From Octopus vulgaris (lineage: Eukaryota), in the NCBI GenBank assembly GCA_951406725.2, contig OX597819.1:1860001-1924000 (forward strand): a stretch of DNA of 64,000 bases, in the 5' to 3' direction. A model generated the notes under the pieces. It worked only from the letters and a program-made list of their open reading frames with translations, was not told the origin of the DNA and did no database searches. Both the position numbers and the translations under genes were made by a program. This document shows positions 14,133 through 26,620 of this stretch, piece after piece; position 1 is the first letter of the stretch, and every line of letters starts with the position of its first letter.

Positions 14133-14344
14133 AGGACAATGCTCCAGCACACAAGTATTTGCTATCAATAGTTGCTGAGCGTGACTGTGAGTTTTAACTG
14201 GTTAATCGGCCTCCGTATTCCCCTGATTTGGCCGGATCTGACTATCATCTTTTCTACAACATGAAAAAGCACTTGGCTGGGAATCAGTATCGCAATAATG
14301 ATGACCTTATATGCAGATGTTGATGACTTTTTTGACCAACAAGG

Positions 14345-15298
14345 TAAGAAGCGAAAGTGTAGAGAGGTAAAGCCAGAAATACTTACTGGAACAATGGTAG
14401 GTGGCCGAAATTGTTCTTCATTGAGAAGAAACCTATGGCAAGAGGGAAACGTTCGATGAGTATATGAGCCTGAGTATATGGATAGATGTTGAGTGATTTT
14501 AGATTTTAGTAGTGGTTATCAACTACGTCGAGTCAATAGACTTGCCATCCGTTGAGACTCAGTCTCAAATTATATTCATGGGTACAAAAACGGCTGATAC
14601 GGATGAAATGGGAATATGGAGTGCCTGGCTAAGTGCGAATGGTGTGGGAAGAAGGAAAATCAAGGTAGAAGCGAGTAATATCAGAGATGAAGCAGATGAA
14701 ATGGAAAATGAGATGGGATGAATTGAGGACATAAATTAACAAGTTTAGCTCTTTATGCGAGAGAGAGAAACCGCCGATATTGTCACCTCATATTGCTTTG
14801 GGTTGGGGCCGGGCTGTATTCTTGTGCCCATCGATCCTGTTATCTGCTAATAAAATTCACCCTCGGCGAAGAAATGAAGTTAAGAATGATTTCGTGTGAA
14901 CTGTGAAAGCTGAGGTTCCTGGGAAAAGAGTTGTGCTGAAGCAGAGGAAGCGATAGAATATACGAAATCTCTCATCATGAGGGATGACATTATATAGCGG
15001 TATATTCTTAGTGAACAGGTGGACGGAATAACTATGTTGGGAAAAGGAATTGAAGAGGTGGATAGTCTGGTTAATATTGTGGCTTTGGTGGGAGAGCAGG
15101 TAGCAGGAGTCTGAAAAGACTATCAAGGAAGGAGGAGATGCAATCAGTGGGTCAGTTGCAAGCGGAGATAACGCGATGACTGTGCTTTCTGGTTTGTGGA
15201 TCTTAACAAGAATGTAGATGGTATGGGGTGCAGGGTTTGTCAACGATGAGGTTAGCGACTGCAGAGGGTAGAAGGGAGAAGGCAATGAGTTGACGGTA
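14345..15298 (-). mobile_element. Degraded LINE 5' region (APE endonuclease-like, CR1/Jockey-type)
   Basis: Minus-strand remnants such as HFISDITRFYLDFPSSHTI followed by a degenerate GDFN..W-like stretch; C/T-rich sense strand. The match is weak. Confidence 0.35.
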
Positions 15299-15308
15299 TA
15301 TATATGAC

Positions 15309-15630
15309 GGCGCACGGCTTAGTGTTTACGGTGTTCCATTCACGATTGCGAGAGATTGGTTTCGATTTCCAGATCGAGCGTTGCGTTGTGTTCTTAATAA
15401 AAACATTTCATTTCACGCTGCGATCATTTCATCATCTGACATGTTACAGGTAATTTCATCATCTGACATGTACAGGTCGCGTACATGTACAGGTAATGTC
15501 AATTTGATGGTGAGAGTAAGCTTATGTGGACACAAACAATTGATCACTATAAGCAAATCATTTGTGTGGTTGTTGAGCAAGAAATTACTGGACCCTCATA
15601 CGTCGGCTTTTGACAGGAGAGTTCATGACA
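15309..15630 (+). mobile_element. tRNA-derived SINE (family C-type head) with RTE-like tail
   Basis: Head GGCGCACGGCTTAGTG...GGTTTCGATTTCC; tail CTCATACGTCGGCTTTGACAGGAGAGTTCATG resembles the RTE 3' end at 7668-7703. Confidence 0.7.
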
Positions 15631-17879
15631 TACACATATACACACACATACATACATTCATTCCTACATACATACATACATGCATATACTGACATATAAT
15701 GATTCTGATCGTGAGCATAATATAAAAATTACAAGAGGAGTTCTTGTATTGAGCTGTACAAAGCGATGATGCGTCATGACTCCTTTACCTCTCAAGCTGA
15801 TGTTAATAACGAATAAGATAGTAAATATTGTCTCTTATCCTCCTAATAACGTCCATTCCGTCGCCACTCCTCTCACAGTAGTCAATATATTTTGTAGTAA
15901 GAACGTGTACTCTTGCGATATTATGATTCTTAATAATTCCTTAACGTTGTTTCTTTTTAAATGTTTTTTGTGCTTTTATGTATCTCTATTGTACCGTATA
16001 TGTTTAGAAATTATTTTCATGTATAAAGTTGATTGTGCTTCTTATCCTCTGTAGTTTTCTTGTGCTATTCTTACTCTCAAAAAAATCTGTAGATTGAGAA
16101 AATTAATTTTGTATAGCCGAATTTCACGTTACGGCCGGATTTTCAGGAATGCGTTACTTTCGTAAAGCGAAGGATTCTTGTAGTTCTACACACCATGAGC
16201 TTTAAAGAACTGGAGAGCAATAGTTGGAATTATTTGATCTTAGAATTGCTCAATCAGCGATAGTATAGGACTAAACCATATTGACGTGAAAACAATGCTT
16301 GTGACATTAAAAAAAGACATCAGATGAGGACCATAGAATAATAAAAAAAATATACGTAGTTTTGTGATTGATACTCTACTACCTTTTGCTCTATATATGC
16401 TTACATACACAAACTCTTTAATTAGTGATTGATCACTAAATTATTAAGTCATCTCCATTATTAGGGCATTTTTAATTATTCTTTTTTCGAAATCTTTTAG
16501 TTATTCCTTTTTAGAGCCTTTTGCATGATTTCTTTATTAGGGCTCTTATAGTTATTTTTCTATAACAACTGTGGTTGAGCTTTCCATGGAATTTTTCTTT
16601 AAACACACTTAAACGTTATTGTTGTAACATCATTTCCAGCGCCATTTATAAATTGTTCTTTATTAGTCCGGCAGGTATGTCAGTTGTTTGTTATTCTCGT
16701 TAATATTGTTTTACAACTGACTTCAAGCGCATTTTTTTCGTTTTGTAAAAATAAGTTTAGTTTCAGGAGAAATGTTTACAGGAACTTTCTGTAAACAAAA
16801 ATGTGTACTTGTTTGGTTAATTGCTTCAAACATTTCATGATTTACACTTGCATATTTCATTCGGCTTTTCTTGTTACTAATTTAATTCTAATTTTATATC
16901 AGCGAATTTGATTTTGAAACATTAAAACTTCTTTGAATTAATCATAACCATATTTATAATTTTCATGTCTGATAATCACGTTTAAATAACTATCACTTTC
17001 TAATACATGAATGGAATTCATTTCCTGTATCTTTATACTTTAATTATTCTTGCTACCGGCTTCTTTGGTACTTTTAAATGCAGCAGATAACATTAAGTCA
17101 AGAAGTGTTGTTGAGAAAACTTGCTTCTATGACCTCTTCTTTACAAATCAATTACTCTTATGTTTACTTCTCGCCAATTTGAAATGTTTCCTGGCTTACG
17201 GCGAACAACTACTTATCGTATCCAACGATGTTTTGTGTATATTTGAATGCATTTAACATTGTAAATCCAAGCTTAATCAAACATCGGTGCAATTAGTGAT
17301 TGTGAACTAAGGAGAAATCTTGTGATATTTTGCAAGAGATTTATCCTATAATGACTATAATTTTTCCGATATAAAATAGTGTTTTTAAAAAAATATAGTA
17401 AACAATAAATATCCGATGCAATGTGTTTAAATTGTGACATTAAATTTGTTTTTATATTTTATCGAATGGCACTGACTAGGGTTTTAATTGTATAAAAAAA
17501 ATTTAATTATTTTATTACAACGTAGAAAATATCATTGGACAACGTGTCAATATTTGAAATTTCTTATATATTTGTAAATTTCAGATATTTATCAATAAAC
17601 AGTCCTAGAAGGAAGCGTTCTTACTTTAAATATCGATCATTCTGACTTGAGTTGTTTTTAGAAATAATTTAGCTCAAATATTCTAATCTATATAGCAATG
17701 ATTAAAATATTTACGTACCAGGTATATTATTACTTGATGTAAATATTGTCCTAGTTTAGATTTTTAAGTTAGAAACGTTTATTTGTAAGCTATGAATATA
17801 CATTAAGCCTTTGATCGAATTCAATCTGACACTGCATACACATTCGGTTATATGATACACGATGTGTTAATCTTTTTGC

Positions 17880-19330
17880 AGAATTAGTTGTATTTCTGGT
17901 ACCGATTACCAAACATTGAAGGATACACTTCTTAATCGCAGTACTATTCAACGTTTCTGATAGGGAACATTAGTCCTTTGCTTCGCTGTCATCTCCGAGC
18001 GCTGCACTTCTAAGTTATTGGTGATGAGAGGAATTTCTCTCCATCGTTTGAGCACGATCTTTGGAAATTCCATTTTCAGAACAGTTTTCTTTATTTCGTA
18101 ACAATTTCCTCGGCTTCCTTGAAAATATGAAACCTTTTTCTTTTGTTTTGATCATACTTCTCTTTCATTGCTATATATAGGCGCAGGAGTGGCTGTGTGG
18201 TAAGTAGCTTGCTAACCAACCACATGGTTCCGGGTTCAGTCCCACTGCGTGGCATCTTGGGCAAGTGTCTTCTGCTATAGCCCCGGGCCGACCAATGCCT
18301 TGTGCGTAGATTTGGTAGACGGAAACTGAAAGAAGCCTGTCGTATATATGTATATATATATATATGTATGTGTGTGTATGTGTTTGTGTGTCTGTGTTTG
18401 TCCCCCTAGCATTGCTTGACAACCGATGCTGGTGTGTTTATGTCCCCGTCACTTAGCGGTTCGGCAAAAGAGACCGATAGAATAAGTACTGGGCTTACAA
18501 AAGAATAAGTCCCGGGGTCGAGTTGCTCGATTAAAGGTGGTGCTCCAGCATGGCCGCAGTCAAATGACTGAAACAAGTAAAAGAGTAAAGAGTATTCATA
18601 TTGTCTTAACGCAGTAATTTTACGATAGTTTTCTAGATGGAGAACCTCTACCTTCCCCTATTAATTGCAGATATAATCTTCCTACATCAGTCTCAGAATC
18701 GTTTATTCTAAACTCAGTCAATTTTCGTGTTATTAGGTCTAATCATTCTTGATTATTGAGCGTTCAATGGGGATATTATAACATATTCCAGGGACATTTT
18801 GTTGCATTTTCAATCTGTGTGTTATGCTCTGTGTATGTCACTCATTTCTAAAATCTTTTTTAATATAATTCTCATATTTTTAGCTGCCATAATCTTAGTT
18901 TTAATTCATATTCATCTTTTCTTGGATCTTCTTGGTGCGTTTCTATATCCTGAATTTCAAAGCAATTCGTCTTGAAAACCCGGATATTGCCTACAGCAAT
19001 ACTTCCGCTGCTCTATACAACCTTGGGACCATATATATATAAAATATATTTTTTCTCGCATTTCATTGTATCCTAGTTCAGATTGGCTTAACAAGCTCTT
19101 AACACCAAACAAAAATGGAGTAAAAAGTTTTCCTCTTTTGACAGAGATGGATATTTTTAATAATCGAACTTTTGTTTATTTATGCAGAATTCTTTGTTAA
19201 TTCCTCGTGACGTACTTAAAGGATCTGCTTATTGTTGCTGACCTTCTTACTCAAGCTAGCATTTACAGGTGCTATGTATGGCATGCATTGTCAAATGCAT
19301 TATCTTTCTTCTTAAGGTATGGAATTGTTC
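17880..19330 (-). pseudogene. Highly degraded retroviral-type (rve) integrase remnant, Gypsy/Ginger-like
   Basis: In order on the minus strand, across frameshifts: YSIFVWC (D.FSKFVW-like), IYGPKVV*SSG (G.P...SDNG-like), HNTQIENATKCPWNML (YNT..H.AT..P-like), MKEKYDQNKRKRFHIFK and KLF*KW (C-terminal GPY/F-region-like). Interrupted by the SINE at 18180-18592. Confidence 0.35.
18180..18592 (+). mobile_element. tRNA-derived SINE (family A), near-intact
   Basis: A-box TGGCTGTGTGG, B-box GGTTCAGTCCC, internal TA/TG microsatellite, 3' end GACTGAAACAAGTAAAAGAGTAAAGAG; homologous copies at 2221, 31390 and 50800. Confidence 0.9.
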
Positions 19331-19371
19331 ATCAGAAATTTATAATCATATGAGTGTTTGCTTTATGCAAA

Positions 19372-20460
19372 TATTGTATTTTCCGACATATAAGGCGTGT
19401 TTTTATTTTCCCCAAAATATTCCCCCTAAAATTCATCCTGCACTCTATATCATGAAAGTCAGGCTTTGTATAGACGTGGATAACCGACATTTAGCTTTAG
19501 GACGATTGACAACCCAATGTTATAAATTATAAAATGTAGCTATAGACGTGTAATTAATATAATGAGTTACAAATATATTTATTCTGTATATTATAAGGAA
19601 ATCTGTGTCCGCCAGCAACTGTGTGCTGTTGTTTGTTTACATGAGAGAGTAGCAATCAGTATTGCCGAAACACAAAAGAAAAATATGTCGGTATGTTTTG
19701 GCCCAATATACTAAAGCTGTGATTATCTGTTTGATCGTTAACATTTTTTAATTAACACAGTACATAACAGGAATACTTGCTTGATATATATCACCACTTC
19801 GGAAACTTTTTTAAAAAATGGGGCTATTGTAAAAAATAATCAAGAGATCTGAAGTTTAAGTAGCTGTTAACCATTTGTGATGCTTGTTTTGATACTTATG
19901 ATGTTGGTCTCAGATTATCGGCGAATGTCCGTTCATGCACAGACAAATTTTATAATTATCAAAATCCGATAACGGAGTTAAAGGGAAGACATGCCTACAC
20001 AGTCAGGCAACCGAGCTGCTGCAATGCATTTTAGGCCATCTCCTGCAGAGAAAATAGCTCGTGTCTGGCGTAAACAAGAGGCAAAACTTTAGCAGACTGA
20101 AAGACCTAAATACAACTCACGTAACCGAAATCTAAATGAGCGAAACTTGAAAATTAGATAAAGCCCTGGGTGTTAAGTGAACGAAGCCAAGGTTTTGCAG
20201 TGTCGGCTAAACAAATCATTTACGAAGCTATAGCAAAGGCAGCTGCAAGAGGACATAATGATTTTTGAGGTACTTCATGAAGCGAAACAGATTAGCCATT
20301 CGAACAAAAGCAAAAAATCACAAAAAATTCTCGGAGAGTATGAAAGCAAAAGTATTTTACATGCCAGAGAAACACTAAATTTTGAAGTGGGACAGATTGC
20401 AAATATAGATGACGTTCCCATGAAGTTTGATACACTGGTCAATAAGTATGTTGACTGTGA
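19372..20460 (+). mobile_element. pogo/Tc2-like (POGK-like) transposon 5' fragment
   Basis: TIR-like start TATTGTATTTTCCGACATATAAGGCG; GNRAAAMHF (Brinker-type DBD-like, ~20005), WVLSERSQGFAVS (CENP-B HTH-like, ~20167), GQIANIDDVPMKFD (DDE_1 first Asp region, ~20390). Confidence 0.75.
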
Positions 20461-20569
20461 CTATTGTAATAATTTCTTATTACCATCAAAGCTTTTAGTC
20501 TTTGGGATTAGCTGTATTTTAGCATTAGGATCAAAATAGTTTTCTCTTCACAGAGATTGTCACTCATAA

Positions 20570-22550
20570 GGTAGAAAGAGCAATATGCACGATGAGAATG
20601 AATTGGTGAGCTTGCAGTTTTGTGCCTGGAGAGGCGATGTTCACGCCACTATCGGCAGTGATGACTGTTGCTGCACCGACAGCTAGTTAGTGTTTGGGGT
20701 TTTGTTGTGGTGACATCCTGACACCCCTGTGGGATAGCAAGTCAACTGTCCTAAACCGTATATAGACGCATGCGCATTATCAGTGAAGAACAGTGTGCCC
20801 TATGCCTTTGTTCCTTCCGGTTGACATAAGTCATATTAAACTTTCTTATGAGCCATGTTTTGTTGAATTTGTTAAATACCACTGCAGTTTTGCGTGCGGG
20901 CCTGTTAAATTTTGTGTTTGTCGTCTTCCCCATTTTGGGGCGAAGTGACTGTAAAAAGAAAAAGAAATGGATTGTAAACCAGTTCCAGCACATGCCGAGA
21001 GTTATGCTTCAGCAGCTGGGAAAGGTGCAACCACAGATTCGCTAGGGGTGCGAGAAATTAAAATTGAACAGAAAAAGCTGAAGGAGTACTACAGGCTCAT
21101 CCAGAAAGAGGGATTCAGTTTAAAGTTGACCCGAGAGGAAGTGACAACCAGTACAAAGAAAAGAACAGTGGTGTACAGAACTCTATCTACAGCCACCGAG
21201 AAAATAGAGTTAGCTACAGAAGAAGCGACTGAAGAATGTTTGACGGAAATAAAGAGCCTGACGGCATTCTACACAAGAGGCAGAAAATACGGCACAGTGG
21301 AGACAATAAATCACTCCACTGTGACGCAAAAGACAGAACATGGGTACTGCTACCTACCTACCTCGGCAAAAGGGTTGCCAGAGAGAGAATAGGCAAGGTA
21401 CCACCAGAAATCAAAGAAGCGTAGTTGGTGGCAGCCGTAATGCATAAAACCGAGGAGGACGCCATAATTGACCTCCTTTGATAAGGGCAAAGAAGGTAGA
21501 TTGTTGGGATACGGCATAGAAATGGTCATTCAGGTCGGACAACAAGATTTAAATAAAATTGCCGAAGAGGTGATTCTACCGGAGGACATAAGGTTGAGTG
21601 TGGTGGTAGAAGGAAGACGACTAACTTGCGATCAATGCAGGGAAACACGACACATTAGAATAAAGTGCCTCCAGAGAGAAAGTAAAAACGAGGAAAACCA
21701 ACAGGAGTAGAGTGCCGAAGTGGTGGACCTAACAAACGAAAAATGCACGGAAGACACGGAAGAACCATTTACAGAGGTGACCAAGAGAAAAAGAAAAGAA
21801 CTAGTGAACTCACCTCCGAATATTCCAATAAAGAAAAAGAAGGAGAGTGAAACAAACTTTACACATTTTTTACTGCATGAACCTTCACCAGCATCACCAA
21901 CGAAGGAAAAAGAAAAGGAAACCATTACAGACATACCGAGTTCACTGCAGAAACGAACAGTTACAAGACCCGGAGAAAGCAAAATAAAGGTAACATATAC
22001 GGTAACATACGGTAACATATACGGTAACATACGGTAACATACGGTAACATATACGGTAACATACGGTAACATACGGTAACATATACAAAAAGCACAGCCG
22101 TAGAAGGGAAAATCACCAAATTTAAATCGGTGATAAGAGTTAAATTAGCAACGGAACATTAGCCAGAAAATACAAAAGCCATATTAGCAGACAAAGAGAG
22201 ATAAATTAAAGAAATGGTTTGGAGACAAAATAGACCCAAATGGCAGTGAAAGTAGAGTTTGACGACCTACCGCCTGTTGGAGATAACGAGGACTTGTTAC
22301 CATATATAAGATGGTAAAGCGTGAGTACGATACTAAAAAAGCAAAAAGAGAAAAAATGATATAAAACTTTTTATTAAAACAGTTAAATGGTACTGCTTGA
22401 GAGTGGGGTTCAAGCAGCCATTTCATCCTCATTTAATTATTATTCATCTCACATTCATTCGTTTTGTATTTTTTGTCCCCACTGTGGTGTTCTGCCTGTC
22501 TTTGTACTGTCCCTTCTGCGTCATGGCCTGTGTGCCAAATAAAGAAAAAG
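20570..22550 (+). mobile_element. ORF1(gag-like)-only L1/Tx1-derived retroposon, copy 2
   Basis: MDCKPVPAHAESYASAAGKG (20967), RGRKYGTVE, WVLLPTYLGKRVARERIGKVPPEIKEA, VVEGRRLTCDQCRETRHIRIKC (knuckle), FTEVTKRKRK..NSPP, KSVIRVKL. 3'UTR hairpin at 22385-22423; tail GGCCTGTGTGCCAAATAAAGAAA. 5' edge approximate. Confidence 0.8.
21989..22086 (+). repeat. Minisatellite GGTAACAT(AT)AC x9
   Basis: Nine units of length 12,10,12,10,10,12,10,10,12 bp. Confidence 0.95.
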
Positions 22551-22737
22551 AGTGTGGTGTGTGCAGGTGCTTTGCGAAGACAGCCGTAGAGAAGAGATAC
22601 TGTTTGTTACGTGTTGTTTCTGATTGATATTTGTATTGTTATAACCTTGTTATAAGTACACGTTATAATGTGGCATATAGAGTGAGTTCAAGAAAGGGCA
22701 TAACAGTGTCGACGTGACACAACAGTTTTATAATGAT

Positions 22738-23395
22738 CTTGACCTCCATCCGGTGAGAAGTGGAACAAGATCACGGACAGAGTGGCTAATCTCATTCAGA
22801 AATAGACTGAGAGGAATCTATCTCTAAAAGAACGGACAGAAGTGACGAATGCCACCTCTCTGTAATTTATATAAATAGTTTAATAGTTATATCTTGCCCT
22901 AGGTCACATCTGGCCAAATTGCTGGGTTGGCGCTTTCAATAATTTTAGAAGCGTCAGGTTTTTCAAGTCCAACATTTCTGCTGTCAACAAACTTTGTATG
23001 AAGGGCTCGTTATGTTACAGTTGATTATGCGATTGTTGCTATTTGCAGAGGTTCTTAAATGATAAGCACCTGGTTACTGTTTGTGAACTACAGCGCCCCA
23101 AATATTTTGTGACAGAGTTGCAGTTTTTGATGAAAGGTATAGAAATATTAGATATCCGGAATTTGGAACATTGTCAGTTCAGACACTTCTAAAAGTCACT
23201 GGAGCATACACACTAACAATCTGTAATGGGTAGTGGTGGCTGTTGTTACACCGACAGATGTTTCGGAATTGTAATGGCCTTGACCTCCAGGCCGGTGGAA
23301 AGTGGAACGAGATCACGGACAGAGGGGTCAATCTTATTCACAAATAAGTAGAGATGAAGCTATCCCTAAAAGAATGGATAGATATAAGTGACGAG
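22738..23395 (+). mobile_element. L1/Tx1-type ORF2 post-RT fragment, present as two diverged copies (22738-23050 and 23280-23395)
   Basis: EKWNKITDRVANLIQK*TERNLSLKERTEVTNA matches the W..R.LSL.GR motif. TGACCTCCA.GCCGGTG..AAGTGGAAC.AGATCACGGACAGAG occurs at ~22740 and ~23281. Confidence 0.6.
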
Positions 23396-23884
23396 AATTT
23401 CGGTTAGACTAACAGCATCAAGAAAAACAATCTATGCGGTGTGTCTCAGTCTATGTTCTATCGTCAATTTTCAGAAATCTCTGACGTAGCATTTCTACCG
23501 ACAGAGATATCGTTTTATGAGTAAGTTCTACAGGAGGAACTATGCTGTCATCCAATTATGTCTAAGATGCCTGGAGAGCAACAAAACTATTCTTTATACA
23601 CTTGTTCATTATCTGAACATTCCTGATATTAGGGCTCTGTAGAACATCTGTCAGAGCCGTTTTCTTTTGTCTGGTAGCTATAGTGAAGAGATGCACATAA
23701 CCTCAGCCACTAACGGACATGTTCAACTAGTTAAGGTCAAACAATTGACAAGCAGATCAGAATATTTGTTGCAGCCCATCTTTTATACCAAGTCAAAACA
23801 ATATACCTGTTAACACTTCCAATCAGTTATGATCAAATGCCATGAGAGCCACTGCCTGGTATTGCATCATGGCATTTATTATTA

Positions 23885-25450
23885 TTATTTTTTTTCCTCC
23901 TTTCTTCAAATTTTCTTCCGTTTCTCGCCGAGTGTTTTCCGTACACCTAGGGCAGAGACGCTCATTGTATGTTTTCCCAGATTACACACGCACATTCACA
24001 GGTAAAATATGTATTTAAAAAATAAATAAACAAATAAATTCATGAATGGATGTTGTTTTCACAGCGATAATGCTCTTCTCAGTACATGAGCCGTTCCAGT
24101 TAACACGATTTTTTGCACATTATGTAGGGATGTTAAGCCTGGTATCATTTTTAAATAGGTTTCAGTACTTTTTTTTTTATCATTCCTAGATATCCTACAA
24201 TCACTGGTACTGTAGTCGCCTTGAGATGCCACATTTTTTTCAATTTCTATTAGCAAGTCTTTATATTTACTTGTGAAATTCTTTCGCCGCTATTTTGTGA
24301 CCGCAAGGAATACTCATGTCAATTAATAAGCACATCTTTTTTGCCTGATATTTTATAATAATATCCGGTTTATTAGCTTTTATAGTTTTGTCGGTATGTA
24401 CGGGGAAGTCTCATAGAATCGACACATTTTCTCCCTCAGTCACAGCTTCAGGATGGTGTTTATACCATTTGTCAGCAGTTTTTTATCAGTTCCGTATATA
24501 TCTCCGTCTATTCATGTTTTGCTCAATAATCACATGAGGTGCACATGATCCGGAACTTTCCGAATTTTCTGCCCAAATTTAAGGAAGTTTATATTTCTTT
24601 TGTTCCTATAGCATTGATTCTTGTACCATGAGGTGCACATGATCCGGAACTTTCCGAATTTTCTGCCCAAATTTAAGGAAGTTTATATTTCTTTTGTTCC
24701 TATAGCATTGATTCTTGTACCTAGGATCTTATATTGCTTTTCTTCCTCTCCTATCATCATTTTCGTATCGTTGTCTCTAATATCTGACTATATCTGTAGT
24801 GTCATCTGAACAGTTTTTACACTGTATTTTTCTCTAAAGCTATCCTTTCCGTTTACATTTAATATGTATTAAAATTTCTTAAACGCCTTCCAATGTGTTG
24901 TTATCTATTTTGTCGTAAAATCGTGATGATCAATTTCGATTATTTAACCGTTGAGCTGAAAATTACTACATCTGCTTATACTTCATCAATGATATTTAAA
25001 CCCTCTATATTTCAGCACTGACTACTCTCCAGTTTCCCATTCTAAGTTTTCTCACATGTTCAGTAATTGTGAAGTCTACTGTATATGATGTTCTCAGCAA
25101 TTCTCTTGTTTTCCTATTTTCATAGTATGCGCATTCTTTATTTCATGCCAGTATCTCATTTTGGATGTTACTATCTGATGCATCTCTCAAATTCACTAAG
25201 TTCATTTTTCGTTCACTGAAGGAAGGTTTCGCATTTCTGAATATTGTTATAGCCAAGCGAATTCCTTTGACCATGTTTCTTCCATTTAGTTTTGTTTCTT
25301 TGATCTTTTCACAGATCTTGTTTGTTTGTATCTTTTATTTTAACTCATTGCCTGCAGCGTACTCAAATATTTGTAACACTAACACACCTGGAATAATTGC
25401 TGTGTTGTATTTCATGGTTTTACTCCATGTTCATCGATCTGATCTATGGT
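23885..25450 (-). mobile_element. R4/Dong-like (restriction-like endonuclease) LINE remnant(s)
   Basis: YKYLS and KLNGRNMVKGI (RT thumb, 25260-25380), NKPDII...CLLIDMSIP (PD..D RLE, ~24310-24375), VQKIVLTGTAHVLRRALSL*. The 3' end abuts (TAA)n at ~23875-23890. Confidence 0.8.
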
Positions 25451-25608
25451 ATATAGTCTTCACTTAGATCGACTAGGTCGAATGCAATCTTCCTCTGGAT
25501 TACGTGTTCGTAATTCAAGGGAAGATTGTTCCTCATATATGATAATTTCACATAACCGACATTTATTATCGTTAATCTGAAGTACGTCTGCGTCAGTGCA
25601 TAATGTGT

Positions 25609-25656
<48 letters not shown>

Positions 25657-26219
25657 ATTTTGCGTTTGTGCGTGTTTGTTCGTGTCTGTGTGTATGTTGT
25701 AAATATGTACCGGGGCCAAAATAACAAGCAAACAGCAAAAACTAGAGTACAAAATTCCGTGTAATTATGTTGTAAAAGAAAAGAGGTGGAATTATTTTTA
25801 GTCCTGATAGACTGAAGGAAAGAAAAGTAAATTAAGAATAAAATAACATGGGATTCGTAGATGTAATATACCAGAAGGCAAACAGGATGTGAATATAGTA
25901 GGATGGACTCTCTCGACTTCCGGCCTGCTATTTCAGCCGACTTAATCTCTGAATACAGCTTCAAGTTTTTTCTTCCTTTTTTTTTCTTTCTCTTCTCGTT
26001 TCTTTTAATTTTATCGAAGGACAACTACAGAAGTTCAATTGCTTTTCTTTTTTGTTGCTTTCTCTTCTCGCTGTGTTGCCATGTTTGCTAATGCGTTAAA
26101 TTTGGATATCAAATAAACCAGTGCTTCAAAATCACAAAGTAAGGTTTGAGTTAATCTCTAATAATGATTTGTATTTTCATTATGTTTATTATTTCCCCCT
26201 TTCATTAGCTTTAGATATT

Positions 26220-26620
26220 CACGGTAGCGGGTTGTTTGAATCATTGAATCTTTGGACAAATTGTCTTGCCTTGTAGCATTTCTTCCTCTTCTTTACATTC
26301 TGTGTTCAAATCATCATTGCTTTTCCTACATCCAGGTTCGATAAAATAAAATGCTGGTCATGTACTAGAGTGGACGGTATCGATTAAGTCTACCCGTCAA
26401 AATCACTGGCTTTGTACCCAAATCAGAAACCATATTTAAAGGTAGCATGCTGTCAAAATCGTCACATTGTCGGAAAAAAATAACTTGTGCTTTTCTGGCT
26501 CTTCCCGCCGAGCTCAAATTTGTTTTTCATCCATTTGGAGTCGATAAAATTATATCTACTGAATCTCTCCCTTAAAAAACAAAAGAACTTAACTTTATAC
26601 CCGAATTCGAAACAATTAGC
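26220..26620 (+). mobile_element. Two degraded head-to-tail family B SINEs
   Basis: GTTCAAAT...CTTTTCCTACATCCAGGTTCGATAAAATAAA and TTTTCATCCATTTGGAGTCGATAAAAT cores; tails GGCTTTGTACC and ACTTTATACC...GAAAC. Confidence 0.55.

Larger units (their letters stand above)
11209..14342 (+). mobile_element. mariner (DD34D) transposase pseudogene split by three insertions
   Basis: Start TA|CGAGGGTGGGCTGAGAAGTTC. Motifs: LEDDPWSGR (~11535), KVSPQWLQR (WVP-like), SQDECCVQHFEQQTKRLCIQW (TxDEtW-like), FHQNN/DNAPAH (13866/14135), PPYSPDLAGSDYHLF (~14210). No right TIR seen. Confidence 0.85.

Noticed and set aside
15730-16165. Tigger-like MITE
   Set aside because: The right end resembles a Tigger TIR but the left end matches only ~7 bp; not enough to call.
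21989-22086. CRISPR-like repeat array
   Set aside because: Units are 10-12 bp with no spacers, in a eukaryotic context with no cas genes.
25460-25590. Possible host exon on the minus strand (DVLQINDNKCRLCEII...)
   Set aside because: No polypyrimidine tract, no recognisable domain, and it abuts LINE debris.
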